Made by a program: the position numbers and the translations under genes. The notes beneath the pieces are model-generated. The model was not told the DNA's origin, searched no databases, and saw only the letters and a program-made list of their open reading frames with translations. This document shows, piece by piece, positions 1 to 7,982 of a stretch of DNA of 14,219 nucleotides. Where the stretch lies: NCBI GenBank assembly GCA_003166335.1, contig PMWA01000015.1, positions 1-14,219 on the forward strand. Reading direction: 5' to 3'. How positions within the stretch are numbered: the stretch's first letter is position 1; every line of letters starts with the position of its first letter. The DNA is from Methanobacterium sp. (lineage in GTDB: Archaea > Methanobacteriota > Methanobacteria > Methanobacteriales > Methanobacteriaceae).

Positions 1-313
1 ATTCTGGGATGAGTTCGACCAGAATACTTCTGCCTTCATTATAGCAGTAATTTATGTTTTTTCCTAAAAGATTTGCTTATGATTAATGAAATAGAGCAGA
101 GACATAGTCTATGAAGATGCTCTCGGAGAAGTTTGAAATCAAACGTAAATTTAATTTACAGGGAGTAATCGCCTGTGAATCATTTATTTAAATAATATTT
201 TACTTTAAAATTTAAATTTACGATACATTTAGCTTGAAATTAGAAAATTTTTTTAACCTTCAAAATAGATAATTAATATTAAAGAAAACTATCGCAGTGG
301 AGGATTTATTTTT

Positions 314-586
314 ATGGATGATGAGTATAATAATGATGAATATAGGGATGATGATTATACGGATGAACGTGAACACCGTAGAAGAAGACGCCAAAGATAT
401 CATCGATACCGGAGAGGATTTATATTTTGGCGAGTTTTGATAATTATCATCCTAATCGTATTCCTACTCTCATTTGTATTTGGAATAAATACCGGAAGAC
501 TTTTTTTGCCTGCAATAATTATTATTTTAATATTATCACTACTTTTCAGATTGATAATTTTCCGTCCACGCAGAAGATATCAATAA
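314..586 (+). CDS. Small hypothetical membrane protein (acidic N-terminus, Arg-rich stretch, two predicted TM helices)
   Basis: 90-aa ORF with GGAGG SD at 299-303. Two hydrophobic runs (FIFWRVLIIIILIVFLLSFVFGI; LFLPAIIIILILSLLFRLIIF) are flanked by basic residues. A T-tract follows at about 609-617. Confidence 0.8.
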   Translation: MDDEYNNDEYRDDDYTDEREHRRRRRQRYHRYRRGFIFWRVLIIIILIVFLLSFVFGINTGRLFLPAIIIILILSLLFRLIIFRPRRRYQ

Positions 587-834
587 TAAAAATTATTATA
601 TTTAAAAATTTTTTTTTATTCATTTCTACTCTTTTAGGATTATAGGGATAATTCAATGGACTGAGTTAAAACTACTGGAGAAGCTTGCGGAATAATTGTG
701 AATTAAGCAAATAGTTAATAATATTTTAATCTAAAAAAAAAAATAGGATTCATTCAGGATATATTAAAAAAAAGTTACTTATTTAATTATCATACTTTCA
801 TGGATGTTATAATGTTATGAACTGGTAACTTAAT

Positions 835-842
835 AAAAAAAA
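835..842 (-). terminator. Oligo-U terminator of putative sRNA copy 1
   Basis: A8 on the plus strand (U8 in the transcript) abuts the 3' arm of the terminal stem. Confidence 0.5.
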
Positions 843-954
843 GTAATAGGGTGTTAAAAAATTTTTTAAGACCTTAAGAATATTATTTTCGTTTTTTAGA
901 GGCGGTAAAAAACTTATCAATATAAATTACTGGTCTTAATACACCCTATTACAT
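835..954 (-). ncRNA. Putative structured small RNA, copy 1 (unassigned family)
   Basis: 12-bp perfect end-to-end stem (843-854/941-952), 8-bp stem (866-873/932-939) and 8-bp inner hairpin (891-898/906-913) whose minus-strand loop is CCGCCUC. Upstream TTTATATA at 979-972 and U8 tract at 842-835 directly after the stem. No ORF. A related copy lies at 12293-12420. Ends are estimated. Confidence 0.6.
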
Positions 955-971
955 CATATTATCCGAGGTTA

Positions 972-985
972 TATATAAAGTTTAT
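972..985 (-). promoter_or_regulatory. Archaeal BRE/TATA promoter for putative sRNA copy 1
   Basis: Minus strand reads ATAAAC-TTTATATA, centred about 24 nt upstream of the 5' arm of the stem. Confidence 0.6.
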
Positions 986-1171
986 TGAAAGCTTTGAAGA
1001 ATTTATTAATCATACTATAACTTAAAAAACTACTAACAAGTAAATTTTTCGTATTATTCCTATTCCATTGAAAAATTAGAGTAAGTATTCAAATTTTTTA
1101 AATATTCCTAATATAATAATATAAAATTAAGTTTAGTTTAAACGATGAACAAAAAATTCTATAAAATCTAT

Positions 1172-2773
1172 TTATAAACGAGATGCCTTTTCATTATCTT
1201 CCCTATAAAAATATAATAAGAATATTGAAAGCATAAACACGTTATAACCTGCCCAAAAAATTATAGAAGGATAAGTAATAATATTCTCACCTTTAATCAG
1301 TCGTGATAGACCAATAGAAATAGAAACTACTAAAATGATGATTAAGAAGATATGCGGAAATACTTCTTTAAAAGAAATTTTATTTACCTTTTTTTTAGGA
1401 GTTACCTTGAATTTTAACTTTTTATTAAACAAACCATAACTGAAAGCCCGAATATAAACTGGGAAAAGGCTGAGAAACAAAGATTGTGAAAGTAAAAGTT
1501 CTTTAAGTGGATATCCTCTTTCACCTCTACTAGTTAAAGTTTGAGTGAGAACCATTACTAAAAAAACATAAAGAGGAACGTTTAAAAAACTTAAAAAAAC
1601 AGGTTTTAAGTTAAATAACAATACAGCTACTGGATACATGAGCCATACAAAAGTTGCCAACCCAATAAAATACCAGGTCCCAATCAAAACAATATACTCC
1701 CACCACTGTACAGACTTTAAACTTTTCGGTTCACTAAATAATTTACCTAACACTTTCTTAGTATTCTGAAAAGTTCCATAAGACCACCTCATCTGCTGAC
1801 CATAATAAGCTGATAAAGACGGCGGGGGCAATCCTACAGCATAAACCTTATCAATATAAATAGATTTATAACCATAAGTATGGAAAATGAAAGAAGTCGC
1901 TATATCTTCAGTTATACACTCTTCATCCATTCCACCGATTTCATTGAGATCATCTAACTTTATAAGAACATTAGTTCCGCAAATATAGGATGATCCATTA
2001 ACACATAATCCACGGCAGATATGCTTATAAAAAACATGCTGCTGAAAAGAATAAGCCAAAGCCAACCGATCCTTACTGGGTATTTCAAAATATTGAGGTG
2101 TCTGAATAAAAGTTAAAGATGAATCATTCTCCATAATTGGTATCAAATCCTGGAAAACTGACTTTTTAAGCCTGTGATCCGAATCCAAAATCAATACATA
2201 CTTAAAATCGTCATTCAAATTTTTAATAGTATCATTAATAGACCCCGCCTTAAAACCCCTAAGAGTATCCCGATACATATAATTAATATCAAGACTATTA
2301 CATATTTCAGCCGTCTCCCGCTTGATATCAGTATCAGTGGAGCTGTCCATTAAAATAACCTGGAAATTATCATAATCAACATTTTTAGCCTTTAAAATAG
2401 TTTGCTTAACCATATCTGGCTCTTCATTGAGAGTGGGAATTATAATAGCTACAGATGGTGCTTTACCAATTAATTTAAACTTCTCACCCAGGAATTGTTT
2501 ACTATACAAGGTTAAAGACTTTAAAAGATGATCCAAATAACCCACACAATGCAATCCACTATAAACAAAAGAAAATAATAAAATAATAGAAACACCTTTA
2601 TCTAGCAAGGAAAGTCCACCATTATTAATTAACGGTAAAATATTCCACAGAATAAACAACAGGATACCTAAAAGTAACATCAAAGAAAAAAAAGATATCA
2701 AAGATGAATTTAAATTATCTTTAAACAAACCAAAAAAATTAGCAGCATATTTACCGTAAAAAAAAGATTTCAT
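1172..2773 (-). CDS. Processive family 2 glycosyltransferase, cellulose synthase (BcsA/CelA)-like, membrane-bound
   Basis: 533 aa with N-terminal TM helices, FKAG, DxD (LDSDH), QTPQ, TED, QxxRW (QQMRW), the FxVTxK gating-loop motif (FKVTPK) and C-terminal TM helices. It ends just after the last TM with no PilZ domain. Confidence 0.9.
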   Translation of the reverse strand: MKSFFYGKYAANFFGLFKDNLNSSLISFFSLMLLLGILLFILWNILPLINNGGLSLLDKGVSIILLFSFVYSGLHCVGYLDHLLKSLTLYSKQFLGEKFKLIGKAPSVAIIIPTLNEEPDMVKQTILKAKNVDYDNFQVILMDSSTDTDIKRETAEICNSLDINYMYRDTLRGFKAGSINDTIKNLNDDFKYVLILDSDHRLKKSVFQDLIPIMENDSSLTFIQTPQYFEIPSKDRLALAYSFQQHVFYKHICRGLCVNGSSYICGTNVLIKLDDLNEIGGMDEECITEDIATSFIFHTYGYKSIYIDKVYAVGLPPPSLSAYYGQQMRWSYGTFQNTKKVLGKLFSEPKSLKSVQWWEYIVLIGTWYFIGLATFVWLMYPVAVLLFNLKPVFLSFLNVPLYVFLVMVLTQTLTSRGERGYPLKELLLSQSLFLSLFPVYIRAFSYGLFNKKLKFKVTPKKKVNKISFKEVFPHIFLIIILVVSISIGLSRLIKGENIITYPSIIFWAGYNVFMLSIFLLYFYREDNEKASRL

Positions 2774-2930
2774 AATGAATATTAATTTATATTTAAGTGA
2801 AATAAACTCTTTCCCATTTAAAAAAAAATTAGTTATAAAACTCTGTTTTCCAAATAAATAGTCTTAGGGAATTTATAGGTTCAATTATAAAATAAATCTT
2901 TTAAAAATACCATTAATTTTTGATAAAGTT

Positions 2931-3074
2931 TTATCTAGATTTTTTTTGCAAGCGGTTTCTGAACCTAACTAACAATAGTATTATTACAGTAATTACAATG
3001 ATAAGGATAATTCCCCATATCACTAAGGCTGCAGCACCAAATAATCCATTAACTATGCTTTGAAGTATACCCAT
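2931..3074 (-). CDS. Small single-pass membrane protein, 47 aa (absent from ORF track)
   Basis: Hand translation: MGILQSIVNGLFGAAALVIWGIILIIVITVIILLLVRFRNRLQKKSR*. Clean ATG-TAA, long hydrophobic helix and basic C-terminal tail. No SD, so possibly leaderless. Confidence 0.7.
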   Translation of the reverse strand: MGILQSIVNGLFGAAALVIWGIILIIVITVIILLLVRFRNRLQKKSR

Positions 3075-3344
3075 AATAATATAATTGGTTCTATTAAGTT
3101 AATTAATTTAATCTTTTTAATCCAAAAATTTAGAGGTGTAATCTAAAATCCGATGAAAAGATATATCAGTGGATATGCATTCCATTTTTTTATTCTTGTG
3201 ATTAATCAAAAAAATTAGTTCAAACACAAAATTATCAAAAAAAGTTCTAAAATATTTTCATGAAAATAGTGTTACATTGTTCACAAACCGATACTTCCTA
3301 TTTAAGAGTTTAAATTCCTTTTTTGAAGGATTTTCTAATTTTAT

Positions 3345-4055
3345 TTATTTTTTAATTCCCGCATAAATAGCTAATTCGAAACATTTAAAATAACAATCAA
3401 CATCGCTGAATCCTATTTCCTTCAACCAATCACACTGAGTCGTAACCGGTAAAAGTATGTTATCATATTGATCTGGTCGATTCACATATTCACTCATTAA
3501 ATCATTTTTACTCTTCTCTTTACCTTCCATTTTCAATTTAGCGTGGCGTGTATCGACTATAAGTTCATTGAAAAGAGAATTCCCAAATTTACTTACGCTC
3601 GCCACGTGATCTATATTTACGAATATACCACCTGGTGATAATGTTTCAAATATTTCTTCAAATAATTCATATTTCCGTCCGTTTTTCAGATGGTGAATAG
3701 CATATCCACTCATGACTACATCGGGTTTACTTATAATGTTATCTTGCCAATTACTTTTTGATAAGTCAGATTGAATAATTATCTGATTGGGGAAAGCACT
3801 CATCCGATCTTTAGCAGCATCAATCATGCTAGGTGAATAATCAAGTAATAATCCATGAGCATCAGGATACCGTGTCAATAAGGTATTTGCAAGAATTCCA
3901 TCCCCACAACCAAGGTCAATAAAGTTATTGACAACAGTCTGAGATTTTGAAATTAACCGGAGTAATATATCGAACTGTTCAATCCCAAAAGGTAAAGATT
4001 TTCTAGTATTCGTTAAGAAATTATCAACAATTGATGGGTTCTTCCAAGCGTCCAT
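3345..4055 (-). CDS. Class I SAM-dependent methyltransferase (CmoA/Methyltransf_25-like), substrate unknown
   Basis: Motif I FIDLGCGDG, LDYSPSM, DVVMSGYAIHHL, LSPGGIFVNID, and C-terminal WLKEIGFSDVDCYFK. Confidence 0.9.
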   Translation of the reverse strand: MDAWKNPSIVDNFLTNTRKSLPFGIEQFDILLRLISKSQTVVNNFIDLGCGDGILANTLLTRYPDAHGLLLDYSPSMIDAAKDRMSAFPNQIIIQSDLSKSNWQDNIISKPDVVMSGYAIHHLKNGRKYELFEEIFETLSPGGIFVNIDHVASVSKFGNSLFNELIVDTRHAKLKMEGKEKSKNDLMSEYVNRPDQYDNILLPVTTQCDWLKEIGFSDVDCYFKCFELAIYAGIKK

Positions 4056-4289
4056 TTTTTTATTTTCCCTACCACGTTTTTTTATGCATTTGAATCTATT
4101 TTTAATTAGTAAGTTAATTTAAATAATTCTTTTGTTCAATCCTAACATTTTTTACTAAATTTTTTTGTTTTAACAAATATTCGGGGGTTTATGTTTCTAA
4201 AATAATATATTCAAAAATAAATAGTGAAGTTTATATTAATGACTTTTTTAAATATTAATTAGAGATTTAAAAAGGTGTGTTTATAAACT

Positions 4290-4589
4290 ATGGCTGATGA
4301 TGAGAATTTTGATAAGGAAGATTCAGATGATTTTGAAAAAGAAATTATTGACTTTATAGAGGATTGCTGGGTTTCTATCGTTAAGAACGATAAACTTGAT
4401 TCTAACCAAAAAGGAAAAATATTGAATTTTATTGATACAATAGATGATGATTCTGTTGCACATGGTTATGTTAATGAGATATTTAGGATCTATTCAGATG
4501 TTTTACGTTATTTATATGAAGGATATTTCGTTAACAAGGAAGAGAAAAGGGAACAATGGGTTAACTTTAAACAAACAGGATCATATTAA
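4290..4589 (+). CDS. Hypothetical acidic protein
   Basis: 99-aa ORF with AGGTG SD-like sequence at about 4273-4277. No recognisable motif. Confidence 0.75.
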   Translation: MADDENFDKEDSDDFEKEIIDFIEDCWVSIVKNDKLDSNQKGKILNFIDTIDDDSVAHGYVNEIFRIYSDVLRYLYEGYFVNKEEKREQWVNFKQTGSY

Positions 4590-4675
4590 ATCTTAAAAAA
4601 TATGAATTTTAAATAATTAAAAATATTCATAATTTTTTAGAATGTTCAAATTATCTTAATATTATGGTGTGAAAA

Positions 4676-4831
4676 ATGGTGATAGAAGATGATTTGGATG
4701 ATAATGATAAAAAAGAAGCAATTCAAGATTATTCTAAGAAGAAGAGACGAGAAAGAAGTAGTTTAATAGGTATAATACTAATTATTATAATACTTTTCTT
4801 TTCATATTTATTATTCATCGCTAAAATTTAA
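4676..4831 (+). CDS. Small tail-anchored membrane protein, 51 aa (absent from ORF track)
   Basis: Hand translation: MVIEDDLDDNDKKEAIQDYSKKKRRERSSLIGIILIIIILFFSYLLFIAKI*. GGTGTGA SD-like sequence just upstream. Acidic, then basic, then TM layout. Confidence 0.75.
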   Translation: MVIEDDLDDNDKKEAIQDYSKKKRRERSSLIGIILIIIILFFSYLLFIAKI

Positions 4832-5159
4832 TTCAATCAGGTATTACTTTTTGATCACTTCAAATTAGACTCTGATTGGTTGGCATTTGCTTGATTTTTA
4901 ATCTAATATTATTCTTTTATATTACTTTTCCAGTAAGCTGCGTTATTCAACAAGTCAGTGAAAATGTTTAATTCACTAAAATATAGAAAAACTATATAAA
5001 TAAGGAAAAAACAAAAAAAATAATGTAGGACTATACTAAAAAAAATAATTAATTATTTTTTTAAAATTTACTACTCGAAAAGATTAAGGAATTAAATTTT
5101 TAATCCATTCTCAAAAATAAGGAGTAATAAATTTTTTTTTATTGATAAAGTGATTTTTT

Positions 5160-5729
5160 ATGATTGATGAAACTGAACGTAAAATTTTAGATGCTGCTTT
5201 AAAACTATTCGCTAAAAAAGGATACACTGACGCTACCGCTATAGCTATAGCGGATAAAGCAGGTTTTAATGAAAAAACTATATTCCGTAAATTTAAAACC
5301 AAAAAAAATCTATATAACCAAGTTTTAAAATTGAATGCTGAGAAGTTTATGCAAGAACTTAGTGAATTTGTATTTGTTGATAAAAAATTTGATACAACCA
5401 CCGACTTTTTAGAGCATTACATCAAAAATGCTACTAAAGTATATTGGGATAATTTCGAATTTTTTAATTTATCCATCAATGCACCAAATGAAAAACTTGA
5501 ACCTACTATGGAGAATACTACTAATTTTGTAGGTGAATATTTAGAAAAAAATATTCCCAATCAAAAAATAGATTACAGAATATTCGGCATCACCATTCAT
5601 GCATTTATATACGCTATAAATGTTGAGAGATTTCAAGGACGCACCTACATTAACTATGATGATGCTATAGAAAAATTCATAAGCAACACTATCCACTGCA
5701 TATCAAACATCCCCTCGATAGACCCTTAA
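5160..5729 (+). CDS. TetR/AcrR family transcriptional regulator (1 of 4)
   Basis: N-terminal TetR HTH: ILDAALKLFAKKGY...IADKAGFNEKTIFRKFKTKKNLY. Confidence 0.93.
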   Translation: MIDETERKILDAALKLFAKKGYTDATAIAIADKAGFNEKTIFRKFKTKKNLYNQVLKLNAEKFMQELSEFVFVDKKFDTTTDFLEHYIKNATKVYWDNFEFFNLSINAPNEKLEPTMENTTNFVGEYLEKNIPNQKIDYRIFGITIHAFIYAINVERFQGRTYINYDDAIEKFISNTIHCISNIPSIDP

Positions 5730-5799
5730 AAAAAAATATTAAAGCTGAAAATAAAAAAAATGGATTATTTTAATTAAGTTTGGTAAATAGGTTAATATT

Positions 5800-6357
5800 A
5801 TGGCTGATAAAACGGAGCAGAAAATTTTAGATTCTTCTTTAAAACTATTCGCTAAAAAAGGCTATGATGCATCCACTACCATAGCTTTAGCCGAGGAATC
5901 GGGTTATACGGAGATGACGTTGTTCAGGATATTTAAAACTAAAAAAAATCTTTTTGATCAAGTCATGATTCGCGGTATAACAAAGATGCAAGAAGATGCC
6001 CATAAACTGTTATTTATAGATAAAAAATATGAAAACCCCCGTGATTTCTTAGAAACTTATCTCATAAATATTCTGAAATTTGCTCAGGATAATTTTGAAA
6101 TCTTTCATTTAACAATCATTGAAGATAGCTCAATGGGTGAATCTTTTCAAGCAGAAGTTAACGACGCTGTAGCTGCATATATTAAAAAAAATTTGCCAAA
6201 CCAAAAAATAGATTACAGAACCTATGGAATTACTATAACTACATTTGTATATGTACTCAATCTTGAAAAATATCACGGACGTACTGCTACTTTTGGTGAA
6301 CAAGAAGATAATATTATAGAAAACTTCATAGACCTCTTATATTGTATGATTAATTAA
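5800..6357 (+). CDS. TetR/AcrR family transcriptional regulator (2 of 4)
   Basis: HTH: ILDSSLKLFAKKGY...LAEESGYTEMTLFRIFKTKKNLF. Confidence 0.93.
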   Translation: MADKTEQKILDSSLKLFAKKGYDASTTIALAEESGYTEMTLFRIFKTKKNLFDQVMIRGITKMQEDAHKLLFIDKKYENPRDFLETYLINILKFAQDNFEIFHLTIIEDSSMGESFQAEVNDAVAAYIKKNLPNQKIDYRTYGITITTFVYVLNLEKYHGRTATFGEQEDNIIENFIDLLYCMIN

Positions 6358-6446
6358 ACATTATTAAATCTTGGTTTGCATTTCTCCTTATTATCTTCTC
6401 TTTTGAAATAAAAAAATTAATATTTATTGTGAAAAGTTGATTTATT

Positions 6447-7001
6447 ATGACTAATAAAACTGAGCAGATAATTTTAGATGCTGGTTTAAAAGAATTTGCA
6501 AAAAAAGGATACGATGCCACCACCACCCGAACTATAGCCAAAACGTCAGGTTTCACTGAGACTACTATATTCAGAAAATTTGGAAGTAAAAAAAATCTTT
6601 ATAATGAAATTATAGGTTATGGTGTGAAAAAACTTGAATATGCATATTATTCACTTCAAGTTTTAAATCAAAAATATAAGGATCCAACAGATTTTTTAGA
6701 AGCATTTGTTAAAACACTAGCCAAGATTAGATTAGATCATATTGAAATTTTTACTTTATTAGTCAATGAAGATAATTTACAATACGATTCTAAACTGGGT
6801 GAAGTTAATTATTTTATAAGTGAATTAATTAAAAATAATATCCCAGACATTAAAGTAGATCCTAACGTCCTGGGACTAACCATAGGTATATTTGTATACG
6901 CAATCGATGTAGATAAGTATCATGGTCGGATTAATGATATTACCTATGAAGAAACATTACAAAAATTCATAGGTAATCTTATGCTATGTTTTGAACAATA
7001 A
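6447..7001 (+). CDS. TetR/AcrR family transcriptional regulator (3 of 4)
   Basis: HTH: ILDAGLKEFAKKGY...IAKTSGFTETTIFRKFGSKKNLY. Confidence 0.93.
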   Translation: MTNKTEQIILDAGLKEFAKKGYDATTTRTIAKTSGFTETTIFRKFGSKKNLYNEIIGYGVKKLEYAYYSLQVLNQKYKDPTDFLEAFVKTLAKIRLDHIEIFTLLVNEDNLQYDSKLGEVNYFISELIKNNIPDIKVDPNVLGLTIGIFVYAIDVDKYHGRINDITYEETLQKFIGNLMLCFEQ

Positions 7002-7163
7002 AAACAATAAATTCATAATAATTTTTTTATTTCTACATATCAAACTTTTTTTTAAATAAATCGAAATAAATTAGAGTTTACCAATAACTCTTCTAAAATT
7101 TAGTAATTGTCGATTAATATTTTATTAATCATTTTTTGGTATAAGTGAATTTTTTTAGTTAAC

Positions 7164-7190
7164 TTTATATAGGGTGCGTGAAGACATACC
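7164..7190 (+). promoter_or_regulatory. TATA box plus candidate operator upstream of TetR 4
   Basis: TTTATATA at 7164-7171 is followed by the imperfect palindrome GGTGCGT-GAAG-ACATACC (7173-7190). Its core GTGAAGACAT recurs at 7914-7923. Confidence 0.55.
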
Positions 7191-7203
7191 ATTAGAGATT
7201 GTT

Positions 7204-7773
7204 ATGATTGATGAGACTGAACGTAAATTATTAGATGCTGCATTAAAAATATTCTCTAAAAAAGGATATACTGACGCTACAACTATAGCTATAGCGGATG
7301 AAGCAGGTTTTAATGAGAAAACTTTGTTTCGTAAATTTAAAACTAAAAAAAATCTTTATGACCAAGTTTTATCACTGAATGCAGAGAAGTATAAAAAAGA
7401 GCTTTATGAATACTTATTTGTCGATCGAAAATTTGATACACCCCAAGACTTTTTAGAGCATTATATCAAAAATTCAGCCAAAGTAAATTGGAATAATTTC
7501 GAATATGTTAATTTATCTCTACAAAAATCAAAGGGAATAATCGAACCGGTTATGAAAGACAATGTTGACTTTACAAGTGAATATTTCGAAAAAAATATCC
7601 CCCATCAAGAAATTGATCACAAAACATTAGGCATCTCCATACACGCATTCATATACGCTTTAAATACTGAGAGATTTCAAGGAAGCAACTACATTAATTA
7701 TGAGGAAACCCTAGAGAAATTCATTAATAACAACATCCAAATCATAAACACCCCTAATATGGAAGTTAAATAA
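7204..7773 (+). CDS. TetR/AcrR family transcriptional regulator (4 of 4); start revised to ATG 7204
   Basis: MIDETERKLLDAALKIFSKKGY aligns from residue 1 with TetR 1 (MIDETERKILDAALKLFAKKGY). The GTG at 7174 lies 3 nt after the TATA box and is unlikely to be transcribed. Confidence 0.92.
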   Translation: MIDETERKLLDAALKIFSKKGYTDATTIAIADEAGFNEKTLFRKFKTKKNLYDQVLSLNAEKYKKELYEYLFVDRKFDTPQDFLEHYIKNSAKVNWNNFEYVNLSLQKSKGIIEPVMKDNVDFTSEYFEKNIPHQEIDHKTLGISIHAFIYALNTERFQGSNYINYEETLEKFINNNIQIINTPNMEVK

Positions 7774-7900
7774 AAAAACCTTAATTATTAACTAGTATTA
7801 TATTTATTAATTATTTTCCTAACTTCTAAATTTTTTGTTTATTTTTGAATTTATGAGTCCGTATTTTTTTTTACATAATAAATTTTTTTTTAGATAACTA

Positions 7901-7935
7901 TTTATATAAGTCAGTGAAGACATGCTAAGTGAAGA
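7901..7935 (+). promoter_or_regulatory. TATA box plus candidate operator upstream of the adhesin-like gene
   Basis: TTTATATA at 7901-7908 is followed by AGTCAGTGAAGACATGCT. AGTGAAGA occurs as a direct repeat at 7913-7920 and 7928-7935. Confidence 0.55.
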
Positions 7936-7982
7936 TCTAAAAAATTTAAAAAAAATTTATGTAAAATAGGGGAGAAAATAAT

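Noticed and set aside
4..60. Fluoride (crcB) riboswitch resemblance (GGGATGAGTTCGACC)
   Set aside because: The downstream UAAUGAC-type pseudoknot strand is absent and no fluoride-related gene follows.
91..130. Glycine riboswitch resemblance (GAGAC...GAAG...CTCTCGG)
   Set aside because: Lacks the CCGAAG and CUCUCAGG core spacing and the P3 stem.
427..645. 72-aa alternative-frame ORF
   Set aside because: Overlaps 314-586, which has a good SD and coherent topology. TTG start and no motif.
843..952. MITE interpretation of the terminal inverted repeats (also 12303-12414)
   Set aside because: No target-site duplication is visible, and the conserved TATA box and U-tract lie outside the inverted repeats in both copies. 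Disfavoured, not formally excluded.
5111..5401. Antisense 96-aa ORF
   Set aside because: Shadow of TetR 1.
6350..6556. Antisense 68-aa ORF
   Set aside because: Shadow of TetR 3. Its similarity to 5111-5401 merely mirrors TetR paralogy.
7174..7203. Upstream GTG start for TetR 4
   Set aside because: Lies immediately after the TATA box, and paralog alignment supports ATG 7204.
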